From a virus (taxonomy: Duplodnaviria; Heunggongvirae; Uroviricota; Caudoviricetes), in the IMG/VR virus record IMGVR_UViG_3300033121_001642, positions 1 through 64,000 of that record: a stretch of 64,000 bases of DNA; one strand, 5' to 3'. Numbering within the stretch: position 1 is the first letter of the stretch; each line of letters starts with the position of its first letter. Of the stretch, positions 10,501 through 19,625 are shown piece by piece. The translations under genes and the position numbers were made by a program. The notes beneath the pieces were generated by a model. It made no database searches. It was not told the origin of the DNA and was given only the letters and a program-made list of their open reading frames with translations.

Positions 10501-11457
10501 TATTGTCTTGACGACGCCGTTATAGAAGACGTTGAAAAAACTCTCATGCAAACTCAGATTAAGCTACCAAGATGGTTTAGTAAATACTTCAACAAGAAAC
10601 AAGATAATAGAAGTCATTATCCAACAATACTTTGGACTCTTGAGGGGATTGCTCGTAAAAAGAAGGAAGCGATCAAAGGGAAAAAGAAACGAAGAGCAAG
10701 CGGTTGGTATAATATTTGTAAGTTTTCAGAGTCTTTTTTAGTTAAAAAAGTGACAGATATTTATGCCATTACTTTTGACCAAGCAAAAAGAAGCGACCTA
10801 ATTGAGGACGGAAACAAGTTTAAATCTAACGGTTCTTATACTTTTGTTGATGATAGTAAAATGATTTGCAGGGACGAAGATTATAATATGTGGGTCGAAG
10901 ACGTTTCTGATTTTGATAAAAGATACAAAATTAAAGACGGCAAAAAGAAACAAATCAGGAGTCCTTTCAAGGAAGGTTTTTGGCAGAGATACGAACCAAC
11001 AGAAAATGCAAAAAATATTGTTGAAGAAGTTTCTGAAGACGAAGTTTTATTAAAAGAAGATAAAAACAACGGAGACGAATGGGAAATAACCATAGAAGAG
11101 TATGGAAAAAACTACAAGAAAGCGAATGGAGGGTTTTCGCCGGACGAGACCAAGAGCAATATAGAGATTGAAGATTCAGAGTGCATCAACAATCATCGTT
11201 GGCGATCAGACATGATCATGCGAGGTTACGACACTCAAACGAACGAGCTTGTTGGGCAACTGAGCTATAGTGTATTTGGCAACGAGTTGCATATTAGCAT
11301 GATTGAAATTGTTCCAAAATACCGAAGGCAGGGGGTTGGGACTCTTTTGATTAAAAAGATGAAAGAAGAAAATCCTGGCTTAGTAATAAAGCCGGGCCTC
11401 ATGACAAATGACGGCTACTCTTTCTTTAGAGCTTTAAAACGCAGAAGAGTCATATAA
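7582..11457 (+). CDS. large hypothetical protein (1291 aa including intein), N-terminus MNWYYDQII; LAGLIDADG intein inserted after ..EGGKMGH; C-terminal GNAT-like acetyltransferase motif (IVPKYRRQGVGTLLIKKM); highly charged central region
   Basis: ORF overlaps upstream stop as ATGA; intein blocks and GNAT motif read from translation. Confidence 0.75.
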   Translation: MNWYYDQIIKESAMGDNSVEAFLARIGVPEETISYVTTITNPELKQQVVGYLRKFPQTPSVLLMDKLRPQNQPQQNPNTPQEVQLANRFQNLEFQKWLLVALRKARNEYQIKKKPDGIALTGDGYSIPGRGNVNFTLIPDIAQSIFDWYVRGVLPARQAFQAAQTPEEQAVVVNEYGVTNANTNLAGLTLDQADRFAENWHDVISGEGEGLEYYGEKREDIVYGPQWSRPEWAGWTIKQVVTKNNLRTEGGKMGHCFAEGSLIRTKKGFIPIEDIETGDFVLVEDGSFQKVTEKFEREYNGEIIKLETRLGVEPVFVTPEHLFLSLKSNHKGNKSCKLHTCGSLCRNNKPEEKHNIEWQPIESLKDSYILSRIPKEFEDINELIIPNHCIVNKSKGDKKYKCDKDLLWIFGIYIAEGSNDGDKLSFALAKKETDYANKIISFFSKAGFSARIRKDKENYGGLVVLVNSRMLCRWFSEMFGCGCNNKKIPSKLLNLPNDKIFHIWQGIFDGDGCKNRNILHQTSKELALQMTEISLRLGGLPSLSRKDNSKRNRKTAYVLEGADARVERNSRKKHFWIHKKEVLVKPICHEKVNFKGKVYNIEVEGIHSYVVQHLVAHNCVGSYCDDVLKGNTRIFSLRDPSNTPYVTMEVDPKSWTFRQIYGDGPKTGNVEPSDNSKAMIGEWMKTLKGASIEGMNDFDYSDLSYGSMDDDLERAIYKGAEGYGLPISLTGWEYQDAYEAVYNKLNNDRGYRNDGGYQTHHVSKVLARAAVDSDIQKLNEGLIDEARMKKIALDWAHKTPKHHVMKKEHFDRMTPENKREYLKEYLPEAAASVKRETDQALKDKWQGWERYTSPQAVEQKTLERAYYNMSQAKEFDYSKLKSFDQLDEKNQKRFMAQVLDAQFQIAQIYEKRQENDENFYDYYNDDYLELPEEPVEDDFSDPEEYQKAVSEWEDERQRIEDEAADSHRKENLPYCLDDAVIEDVEKTLMQTQIKLPRWFSKYFNKKQDNRSHYPTILWTLEGIARKKKEAIKGKKKRRASGWYNICKFSESFLVKKVTDIYAITFDQAKRSDLIEDGNKFKSNGSYTFVDDSKMICRDEDYNMWVEDVSDFDKRYKIKDGKKKQIRSPFKEGFWQRYEPTENAKNIVEEVSEDEVLLKEDKNNGDEWEITIEEYGKNYKKANGGFSPDETKSNIEIEDSECINNHRWRSDMIMRGYDTQTNELVGQLSYSVFGNELHISMIEIVPKYRRQGVGTLLIKKMKEENPGLVIKPGLMTNDGYSFFRALKRRRVI
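8347..9435 (+). mobile_element. Intein with LAGLIDADG homing-endonuclease domain (363 aa) inside the 7582..11457 gene
   Basis: Starts CFAEGSLIRTKKGFIPIEDIETGDFVL (block A), LAGLIDADG-like LWIFGIYIAEGS and IWQGIFDGDGCK, ends ..VVQHLVAHN followed by +1 Cys (CVGSY). Confidence 0.8.
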
Positions 11458-11569
11458 GTTCCTATATCCAGGCTACCGAGACCTGTATGGTCTTGTAAAG
11501 AGCAGAGATGCTTTTTATACCTTACGAGAAATCGGAGAAGCGAGGAAAGAGAAACCGGCGAAAACACTC

Positions 11570-11604
11570 AACGCCCATACCTGAAAAGGTTGGGCGTTCT
11601 TTTT
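11570..11604 (+). terminator. rho-independent terminator (8-bp stem AACGCCCA/TGGGCGTT, loop 13 nt, then CTTTTT) after the 7582..11457 gene
   Basis: Read directly from sequence. Confidence 0.7.
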
Positions 11605-11631
11605 GACAGTTCTTCTGTCACCCGCTATAAA
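11603..11631 (+). promoter_or_regulatory. sigma70-type promoter TTGACA-N17-TATAAA driving the high-GC AAA+ gene; implies a ~165-nt 5' leader
   Basis: TTGACA 11603-11608, 17-nt spacer, TATAAA 11626-11631. Confidence 0.6.
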
Positions 11632-11801
11632 GCCTAGAGCGATTTCAAAGACACGAATAATCGAAAAGATTCTTTTCATTTCCACACGCAAGGTTTTCTT
11701 TGCTTTGCTTGGGGTGCTATTCTTCTGTCAGTTGGGTCGAAGAGTTTCGGCCCCAAAACTTTCTAATCCGCGATTGCGGAGAAAAATGAGGTAAGAAACG
11801 T

Positions 11802-13418
11802 ATGGCTATCACTCCAAAGGCAAAGAAGACGGAACTTCAGGAGAATCCTTTTCAGGACGTTCAGGTTGAGCGTTCTGGCAAGCTGATTACTCTTCCCAGC
11901 GATCCTCGCGACATGGAGATTCAGGAGGCGATTGAAGCTCTTCGCGGCGTTCAGGCCGACGAAGAGGCCGAAACGTCAATCAATCACGAGATTGAGTGCT
12001 TCCCTCTCGACGGTCTTGTGAACTTCAATCGAGCCTGTCTTGAGGAGTTTGGCATCGCTATCGGTACTCCAACTCCCGGCTTCTGGGGTCCGACTCCTCC
12101 AACCATGATGACGGTTCCGATTGGCTATAACACCAAAACGCAGGTTCCCTGGGGAAGCATCAGTTTTCCTCAGTTGAAGGATAGTCGTCTTGAGACGATT
12201 GTTCCTGGCAAGGGTAACACCAAGCCCAAGTTCATCATTGGCGGCGAAGTTCTGAAGAAGTATCAAAAGCAGGTTCAATCCATTGCGGCTCGTACCGAGA
12301 AAAATCTTCGCGAGAAGAGCATTTACAAGGGCAAGGCCATCAAGGTTTCGTTTGCTTGGATGCGAGAGAGTCGCGACTTCCATCCAACGAACGACGCCCC
12401 AACCTTCCTGGATGTTTCCAACGCTCGCAAGGACAACCTTATTTTCGGCAAGGAAGTTGCTGATCTCATCCAGACTGGTCTGTTCTCTGCAATTGAGAAG
12501 ACGAAATCATTCCGCGAGTTTGGTATTCCTCTCAAGCGCGGCGTTCTGCTCACTGGTCCTTACGGTTGCGGTAAGACCTTGACCGCTTATACGACGGCCA
12601 AGATTTGCGAAGACAACGGCTGGACGTTCATGTATGTCTCGAACGTTGAAGACCTGCCGATTGCTCTGAAGTACGCCAAGCTGTACTCGCCCTGCGTCAT
12701 CTTCGCTGAGGACGTTGATATCGCAACCAACGGGCCTCGCAGCACTCAGTTGAACGAGTTGCTGAACACCATCGACGGCGCTGATTACAAGGATGCTGAG
12801 ATCATCACGATCTTGACGACCAATCACGCCGAGAACATCAATCGCGCCTTCCTTCGTCCTGGTCGTATCGACACGGTTATTCCTGTCGAGCCGCCTGACC
12901 GCGAAGCAACAATGCGTTTGATTAAGAATTATGGTGGCGAGTTGCTTGCTGACGGCACGGACCTGAATCCTGCCGCCGAGTTCTTGGCTGGTCAGATTCC
13001 GGCGACCATCCGAGAGTGCGTTGAGCGAAGCAAGATTTCGGCTCTCACTCGCACAAGCAACATCACTGGTCAGGTTACGAGCGAAGACCTCATCATTGCT
13101 ATGAAGGGCATGGAACCTCATATGCGACTCCTCAACGGGGCCAAGACTGGCGACGGTCCTTCGGTTATGGAGGTTGGCCTCGCCTGCTTGGGCGCTGGTA
13201 TCGGTCGCGGCATTGCTGCAACGGGCGGAGCAAACCTGCCTCCTGTTCTCAAGCAGATTGCTGACATGGCCGTTACTGAGACGCTCATGAAGTTCCTTCA
13301 GGTCGCTAACACTGACGGCTCTGGTCAGTCCTTCAAGAGCGCTGAGGATGTCAAGAAGGCGGGTCTCAACCTGAATGGTGTCAAGGCTCCTCCGATTGGC
13401 GCTGTCGCCAAGGCCTAA
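11802..13418 (+). CDS. AAA+ ATPase (classic-clade AAA domain: Walker A GPYGCGKT, Walker B VIFAEDVD, second region of homology), ~230-aa N-domain, Gly/Ala-rich C-tail; markedly GC-rich (~53%) relative to neighbours; paralog of 39374..40720
   Basis: Motifs read from translation; RBS GAGGT 9 nt upstream; flanked by own promoter and terminators. Confidence 0.8.
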   Translation: MAITPKAKKTELQENPFQDVQVERSGKLITLPSDPRDMEIQEAIEALRGVQADEEAETSINHEIECFPLDGLVNFNRACLEEFGIAIGTPTPGFWGPTPPTMMTVPIGYNTKTQVPWGSISFPQLKDSRLETIVPGKGNTKPKFIIGGEVLKKYQKQVQSIAARTEKNLREKSIYKGKAIKVSFAWMRESRDFHPTNDAPTFLDVSNARKDNLIFGKEVADLIQTGLFSAIEKTKSFREFGIPLKRGVLLTGPYGCGKTLTAYTTAKICEDNGWTFMYVSNVEDLPIALKYAKLYSPCVIFAEDVDIATNGPRSTQLNELLNTIDGADYKDAEIITILTTNHAENINRAFLRPGRIDTVIPVEPPDREATMRLIKNYGGELLADGTDLNPAAEFLAGQIPATIRECVERSKISALTRTSNITGQVTSEDLIIAMKGMEPHMRLLNGAKTGDGPSVMEVGLACLGAGIGRGIAATGGANLPPVLKQIADMAVTETLMKFLQVANTDGSGQSFKSAEDVKKAGLNLNGVKAPPIGAVAKA

Positions 13419-13468
13419 TCACCAAAACCCTTGTATAAGTTGACGGAGTAGTCCGTTCTTCTTATCTC

Positions 13469-13510
13469 AGCCGCCGGTTTGACCTTCGGGTTGGACCGGC
13501 GGTTTTTCTT
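13469..13510 (+). terminator. rho-independent terminator (imperfect stem CCGCCGGT..ACCGGCGG, then TTTTTCTTT)
   Basis: Read directly. Confidence 0.65.
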
Positions 13511-13575
13511 TGCGCGAAAATTTGCCGATTTCAAAGGTAGAGAGTCTTTTAATTCAGGAAGGATAGAAGGTTTTT

Positions 13576-13605
13576 TTGCGGAAATATAGACAGGGATACT
13601 ATAAT
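13576..13605 (+). promoter_or_regulatory. candidate promoter with consensus -10 TATAAT (13600-13605) and weak -35 TTGCGG; gives a near-leaderless transcript for the 13620 gene
   Basis: TATAAT 14 nt upstream of ATG 13620. Confidence 0.5.
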
Positions 13606-13619
13606 TTTTGGGAAAACTA

Positions 13620-16412
13620 ATGAGTTGGTATAGCATAATCAGGTCAATGATAAAGGTTGCAGGACCAAAGGAAAAGATACAGAAGTACGGAGTCACAGAC
13701 CCCGCTCTTCAGCTTCTTATTATGCGCTATGAGGGGATGATTAAGTGGAACGGCTATACCGTTGAAGGCAAAAACGAGGCCGGAGAAGATACTCAAGTCC
13801 AAAAGTCAATTGAGAACCAAAACGATATCAATGATTTTATCAAGGCTGTTTTACTACCAAAAGTCTTTGCTAAAGTAGATCAAAACAATCCAAATAACAA
13901 CTATATAAAAAAGTTTGATGTTGAAGCGGGTTATAACTTTGCTAGACAGAACAACATATTCAATCCCGAACTTGAACACGCCTATAATATGTCTAAGCAT
14001 GACAAGGAAGGCGCTGAAAAGTTTTATGTAGGCGTTATCAACAACATTAAGAAGCAAGCGTTTGACGGTTGGATAACCTACGTCAAAGACCATCCTGATT
14101 ATTCGAGTAGCCCTGCTTTCGTTTATCTTCTTTTGAATCCTGTATTTGACAGTTCAGGTCCAAAGACTATCAATCCGGCTCCGACCGCCTCTCCTCCTGT
14201 TATTGCTCAAATATTTCAAAAAGTCAAGAACGTAAAGTTCAAATACAACGGTCCAATCAAAGACGAGAATGTTTTCAAGAAGGTTTTGTCTCTTGCAAAG
14301 GAAGGCAAACCCATTGACCAGATTGCTCAGGAACTAAACCTTCCGCCAGAACAAGTTCAAGACGCTATAAGTCAAAATAACTCTCGCAACATTGATATAT
14401 TCAAAGACTATGAGAAGAATCTTATTGAACACAGTCTTTCTGTTGCCAAGCAGGGGTATAACGAAGTTGAAAAAAGCGGCTGGTTAAAACTTCCAAGTAA
14501 AGATAAAACAAAAGACGGCGTTGACAAAGACGGCAAACCAATATCCGCTGAGAAAGTTTTCGAAAACAATGTTGAAATACTTCATAACTTCTCGGTTCCG
14601 AATGCCTGGTGTACAACCAGACATAGTAACGGGCCGAGATATCTTAGCGCTGGTGATTTTTGGATATTAGTTGAAAACGGTAAAGCAAATGTTGGTATTC
14701 GTTTTAGCGGCGAAAACATTGTTGAGATTGCAGGCGATCAAAGCTATGCAGGCGGAGTAAGCCGTTCTTGTCCAACAGCTTATTGGCGAGAAATTACAGA
14801 CATTATTTACAGAGAAGGTCTTGAGCCTAAGATTACAGATTATGCTAAAACTCACTGGGACCAAATTCTTAAAGAAGCAAATCTTAATAAGAGCTTTTTC
14901 AACGACGACGGAACTCCAAATCTTGAAGAGATTGAAGAGTTTAGGAAAATGCTTCTTAATAATCCTGCTCTCTATAACAGAGTTACAGAGAACGATAAGT
15001 TTGCTCAATATCCTCAGCTTCTAGAGGGGCTTCAAACAGCATGTAAAGAAGGTTGGTTCAAAAAAGTTCAGAACCTTAGCGGAAACGACGCTCTTCAGAT
15101 GGCTGAGAATGTTGCAGCCAACGCTCAGAACATGCCTGAGTTCGTTCTTAGAGATCCGGCTTTCATGGAAAACGTTCACGGAAGACTCACGGCTCTTTAT
15201 GAAAACAGCCCTGATCGTATTAGAAATGTTCTTGAGAAGGTTCCTAATCACTGGAGAGATTATCCAAGAGGTAAAGAGGTCTTCAAACACGCTGTCCTTA
15301 GAAAGTATCAAGAAGGTCTTTATTGGAAAGCAAATGTTTTTAGCGCTAGCAGAAAAACCAAAGAGCAAAAGGGCAGGATTGCCACTGCCAAGATCGAATA
15401 TGACGCTCTTCAGCAGGTAATTGGCGACTTATTACCAGAGCTTCACGCAGATAAGGATTTTGAACAAGCTATTAATGTCGCTAAGAACCAAAGCGCTGAA
15501 GTTGCGGCCAAAGAAGGCTATATTGCTGTTGACACCCCAAGACCTGTTATTGATAGAATTTTTGCAGATCCTGCCAACGTTGAGGAAATGGCTGAAAAAT
15601 ATGCTGATAAAATAAGTAAAGCTCATTTAGAGCCTCATTCTAGACAAACAGAGACTTCGGTTCTTCTTGACTCTTACATGGACTCAGAGTTCTTAGCAAT
15701 TGCCCCTCTTTGGGTTAGAAAAACACCTGGTTTCCAGAACTTTATAAATCTTACAAAGAAAAAGGTTCTCATTAAGAGCGTTCACAACTTTCCAAGTTTT
15801 GATCCTCGCTACAAAGAAGATCCTGAACTTTATCAAATGTATAAAGATTATATTCTAGCTAATGATCCTCTTAAAAAGAAACTCGTTGGCAAAGATAAGA
15901 TTGATCCAAGACTTTTGGATGACAAAGACTATCAAGCGGCGGTTGGCAATTTCGATCAAGGCGTTGATCAGGTTCTTAAGACAATGAAGTGGAGAGCTTC
16001 TGTATATCTAACTCTTCCGCCTCAGGTTCAAGAGAATCCACAGGTTGTTGAAGCGTATATACAATCAAGGGTTTATTCCACAAACATGAACTTTCAAAAC
16101 GCTTTGGCTAAGGAGTTTCCTCAATTACCCGAGTTTTTGAAAGAAAATCCAGTTATTCAACAAAAATATCTTGAAGTTGTTAAGAGGCTTATGAGAACAG
16201 CAATGCCTGGAGATAAGGCGAACTATATAAATTGCAACGAGCTTGATATCATTGCGGCTCAAGACCATGAAATTGTCGAGATGTGTAATAAAAGAAATAC
16301 TCCCTTCAATTTTCCTGTTATTGAAGACGTTGATAACGAAGATCAAGGAATGGATTTCCCGCAAAAAAATGCCTCTAAAGGATGGTATAGGAAAGCGGCT
16401 ACAACATATTGA
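13620..16412 (+). CDS. large hypothetical protein (~930 aa), N-terminus MSWYSIIRS, C-terminus ..KGWYRKAATTY
   Basis: ORF 13608 uses a TTG start; ATG 13620 fits the promoter and the WY motif; no recognisable domain. Confidence 0.7.
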   Translation: MSWYSIIRSMIKVAGPKEKIQKYGVTDPALQLLIMRYEGMIKWNGYTVEGKNEAGEDTQVQKSIENQNDINDFIKAVLLPKVFAKVDQNNPNNNYIKKFDVEAGYNFARQNNIFNPELEHAYNMSKHDKEGAEKFYVGVINNIKKQAFDGWITYVKDHPDYSSSPAFVYLLLNPVFDSSGPKTINPAPTASPPVIAQIFQKVKNVKFKYNGPIKDENVFKKVLSLAKEGKPIDQIAQELNLPPEQVQDAISQNNSRNIDIFKDYEKNLIEHSLSVAKQGYNEVEKSGWLKLPSKDKTKDGVDKDGKPISAEKVFENNVEILHNFSVPNAWCTTRHSNGPRYLSAGDFWILVENGKANVGIRFSGENIVEIAGDQSYAGGVSRSCPTAYWREITDIIYREGLEPKITDYAKTHWDQILKEANLNKSFFNDDGTPNLEEIEEFRKMLLNNPALYNRVTENDKFAQYPQLLEGLQTACKEGWFKKVQNLSGNDALQMAENVAANAQNMPEFVLRDPAFMENVHGRLTALYENSPDRIRNVLEKVPNHWRDYPRGKEVFKHAVLRKYQEGLYWKANVFSASRKTKEQKGRIATAKIEYDALQQVIGDLLPELHADKDFEQAINVAKNQSAEVAAKEGYIAVDTPRPVIDRIFADPANVEEMAEKYADKISKAHLEPHSRQTETSVLLDSYMDSEFLAIAPLWVRKTPGFQNFINLTKKKVLIKSVHNFPSFDPRYKEDPELYQMYKDYILANDPLKKKLVGKDKIDPRLLDDKDYQAAVGNFDQGVDQVLKTMKWRASVYLTLPPQVQENPQVVEAYIQSRVYSTNMNFQNALAKEFPQLPEFLKENPVIQQKYLEVVKRLMRTAMPGDKANYINCNELDIIAAQDHEIVEMCNKRNTPFNFPVIEDVDNEDQGMDFPQKNASKGWYRKAATTY

Positions 16413-16432
16413 ATATGAATCTTGGAGACTGA

Positions 16433-19400
16433 ATGAATAACTATTTTGATATAACAAAGATTGCGCAGAACATGAACGAGCCTATAGCTCCTGCGCCACA
16501 GCCTGTTGCTCAACCGCAACCAGAACCTATAGTTCAACCAGAAGCTGCGGCACCTGTAGAGCAAAATCAGGCTCAACCACTTGCCAACCAACCTCCTGTC
16601 CAGCCTCCCGGCCAACCCCCTGTTGCTCGGCCTCAAAGAGGCGGTAATAGGCCTTTGATTTTTGTTAAAGAGGCTGCTTTTGGTAACTGGATGTCAATTG
16701 TTGTTGAAGTTCCAAGTATGACCAAAGAAGAATTTAATTCTTTACAATCTCTTGCGAAGGCCTATATTCAAAGCACAAAGAAGCCAAACGGAACATACCC
16801 AACATGGGCAACGTGGGTTAATAAAGCTAAAAAGGGTGCCTTACAAATTGCTGACTTTAAGCTGTTCTCAAAAACGAAAGACATGGAGGGTCGGTTCGTT
16901 AATATTGGAACAACAGAGGCTCCTTTCTTTACTCAAATTCTTGATAAGTTATCAGAAATGGGTTTTGATACGGCTCAGATACAAAGATATGAAAAACAGA
17001 ACGATCCAGCCGTTCTTGTCGAACAACAGCAACAACCGCCACCAGTTGAACAGAAAAACAAGGTTGAAGTTTCAAAACCTGAAGGCTGGCAAACTTTAAT
17101 TGTAAAGTTTGAAAGAAACAACGATATTAGAAACTTTATTGTCAACAACAGGATAGGAGGCCGCTGGGATCCTGCTTATATTGCTTGGAGATTTGACCTT
17201 AGGGGCGATCCTCCGATTCTTCCGTCAAGACTTGAATCTATGTCTGAGTTTATGAGGCAAAAAGACTTTGACACAACAGAACTTGACGCTGCAATCAAAG
17301 AATACAAGAACGAGCTTGAGAAAAACAAAGAAAACCTCAAAGACCCACTTAAGACGCTTGTGGTTAATGACGCAACAAGAAATACAAAGTTTCTTGTTTC
17401 TATCAACTTCCCAAGAACGCCGCAACTTATTCGAGAAATGGAAGACTATGTTAAGTTTTCTTTCCCAAGCAAAGGAGACCTTACCGACTTAAAGCTAGAT
17501 CCGGTCCCTGAAAATTATCATACAAAGCCCCCAAAGCAACTCCCTAATGGAAGATGGGAGCCGTCAGGTATGCGACTTGATCAACAAAACAAGTGGTATG
17601 CCTATGGTTCTTTTGATGATTTTTTCCGATTTGGAGCTTTGATCAAAAGCAGAGGCTGGGACGTTACAAATCTAAGAACAACACTAAGCGGTCTTTTGAG
17701 ATCAAAGGCTCTTGAAAGAACAAGATATTCTGGCGAGCTTGATGGCTATGAAGTTAAAGACGAGAATGGTCGTCAATTAAAAGACGCCAAAGGTAATCCT
17801 CAGTTTGATTATGAAAGATTCTACAAAGATGTAGAAGAGATAACAGGTGATAGGGCAAAGCTCTTTGATAAACAAAAGGACGGCGTAAGATGGCTCTACG
17901 AAAGAGGCAACGCAATTCTTGGCGACAAGACAGGAACTGGTAAGACTCTAACAACTCTTGTTGCTGCGGCTATGAGGCTAAAACAATCAGGTGGTAGATG
18001 TCTTATTATTACTCTCAAGACAACTCAAATACAATGGGCTAACGAAATTCAAAATAAGCTTGGAGAAGATCCCGCAAACATAAGCTTCAATCCTGGCGAT
18101 AATAAGAAATGGACAATTATCACTTATCCTAACATTTCTGCGGCCCCAGAGAAAAACAACGCAGGCGTCATTCTTCAACCCAATGGCTCTCCCGTTCTCA
18201 AGCCTCGTTGGAAATCTAAGCAACAGATTATTGACGGAATTTTCAATACGCAGTTTACTGCTCTTATTCTTGACGAAGCTCATTTAATCAAGAATGAAAC
18301 AAGCGGCGCTTCTCAAATCATGGCTTTGATTGCTCCAAAAGTTCCGTTCAAATGGGGCGCTTCTGCAACTTCGGCTGCTAATACGGCTATTGACGTTCAT
18401 AACATTCTAAGCATTGTTGGTCATACTCTTGGCGAGATTTCAACAAGAGACTTCAATAAAGAGTTTGTCGGAAGGAAGTCAACAATCAGAGATTTTGCAG
18501 ACCCAATTAAGGCTAGAGAAATTTTGGCTCTACAAGAAGAGAAGGCTTACAATCTCAGGAAGTGGCTAACCCTTTCCGGCGCTTATCTTAGCCGTTCTCA
18601 AAAGGCTATCAATCCAAACCTTCCAGAACACGTTATTGACGAGCAATACATTTCTGAAGAAGACTTTGATATAAGGGCCTTTGCTAGAGATTTTGAAAAC
18701 ATAAAAGCTCAGTATGGCGGAAACGCTGGTGCCGCTCTTGCTGTTCTTACGAAGCAAAGGGTTCTTATTGCGCAAATGAAAGTCCCTCATACTATGGCTC
18801 TTGCAAAAGAGATTCTTGATAGGGGGGAAAAGGTTCTTGTCTTCTCTAACTTCAGAACTTGCTGCCAATCGCTATATGCAGGCCTTGACGCTCATCTAAA
18901 AGCTCAAGATCCTGATTTTGAAGTTGTTCGTATCATGGGAGACGACAACGGCGCTGCAATTATGAATGCTGTTGCGCAATTCAAAGATCCTGAAAATCCT
19001 GCAAGAGCAATGGTTATTGCTGCCAAGAAGGGCGGTACGGGTGTCAGCTTGGAAAACTCTACGCAGAATGTAATTATGAATGACTTTGACTGGTCTCCAT
19101 ATATTGCAGAACAAACAGAAGGCCGGGCTTTCAGAATCACCAATGTTATGCCTGTAAATACAAAGTATATGGTCGTTAAAGGACCAGATGGAAGGCTAAG
19201 CCCTGACGAAGTTTTCTACAAATTTGTTAGAAGCAAAATTAAGATTGCTCAGATCATTCAGAACCTTGACTCTGAAGCCGAAGAGTACATTCTCAATGGT
19301 CTCAATGATGCCAAGATTCAGGCAGAGATTGCCAAGGCAAGAGCGGCTGATATGGAAGCTGACGTACAGCTTGGAAAAGACCTGAACGAAATGTTTGCAG

Positions 19401-19564
19401 AAAATGGCATTGAGTTTGGCGCAAAGGATAATGATTTCGGACAAATTGCGATTGACTTCAATGACGCTGTTATCGAAAGAGAAATTGAAGGCAATGACGA
19501 CGAAGAAAATCCTCGCCAAGCATCCACTTGGTATGATCGAATGATATTGGCAGGTTCTGTGTAA
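16433..19564 (+). CDS. SNF2-family (SF2) helicase/ATPase with N-terminal P/Q-rich low-complexity region; C-terminus ..STWYDRMILAGSV
   Basis: Motif I LGDKTGTGKT; motif II LILDEAHLIKN; C-terminal helicase lobe with KGGTGVSL and QTEGRAFR (motif VI). Confidence 0.85.
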   Translation: MNNYFDITKIAQNMNEPIAPAPQPVAQPQPEPIVQPEAAAPVEQNQAQPLANQPPVQPPGQPPVARPQRGGNRPLIFVKEAAFGNWMSIVVEVPSMTKEEFNSLQSLAKAYIQSTKKPNGTYPTWATWVNKAKKGALQIADFKLFSKTKDMEGRFVNIGTTEAPFFTQILDKLSEMGFDTAQIQRYEKQNDPAVLVEQQQQPPPVEQKNKVEVSKPEGWQTLIVKFERNNDIRNFIVNNRIGGRWDPAYIAWRFDLRGDPPILPSRLESMSEFMRQKDFDTTELDAAIKEYKNELEKNKENLKDPLKTLVVNDATRNTKFLVSINFPRTPQLIREMEDYVKFSFPSKGDLTDLKLDPVPENYHTKPPKQLPNGRWEPSGMRLDQQNKWYAYGSFDDFFRFGALIKSRGWDVTNLRTTLSGLLRSKALERTRYSGELDGYEVKDENGRQLKDAKGNPQFDYERFYKDVEEITGDRAKLFDKQKDGVRWLYERGNAILGDKTGTGKTLTTLVAAAMRLKQSGGRCLIITLKTTQIQWANEIQNKLGEDPANISFNPGDNKKWTIITYPNISAAPEKNNAGVILQPNGSPVLKPRWKSKQQIIDGIFNTQFTALILDEAHLIKNETSGASQIMALIAPKVPFKWGASATSAANTAIDVHNILSIVGHTLGEISTRDFNKEFVGRKSTIRDFADPIKAREILALQEEKAYNLRKWLTLSGAYLSRSQKAINPNLPEHVIDEQYISEEDFDIRAFARDFENIKAQYGGNAGAALAVLTKQRVLIAQMKVPHTMALAKEILDRGEKVLVFSNFRTCCQSLYAGLDAHLKAQDPDFEVVRIMGDDNGAAIMNAVAQFKDPENPARAMVIAAKKGGTGVSLENSTQNVIMNDFDWSPYIAEQTEGRAFRITNVMPVNTKYMVVKGPDGRLSPDEVFYKFVRSKIKIAQIIQNLDSEAEEYILNGLNDAKIQAEIAKARAADMEADVQLGKDLNEMFAENGIEFGAKDNDFGQIAIDFNDAVIEREIEGNDDEENPRQASTWYDRMILAGSV

Positions 19565-19625
19565 CCTTAAAAAGTGGCTAGTGGATTTCCGATGAGTTCT
19601 AGGAACTTTTTGGAGTCCTAGCCGA

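Noticed and set aside
11603-11794. 63-aa ORF on + strand
   Set aside because: It lies entirely within the promoter and 5' leader of the AAA+ gene, has no RBS, and starts at the -35 TTG. It is spurious.
12507-13121. 204-aa antisense ORF (and 11976..12383, 12323..12553) inside the AAA+ gene
   Set aside because: These are long antisense ORFs produced by the high GC of this gene. They have no independent signals and are fully embedded in a gene with clear AAA motifs.
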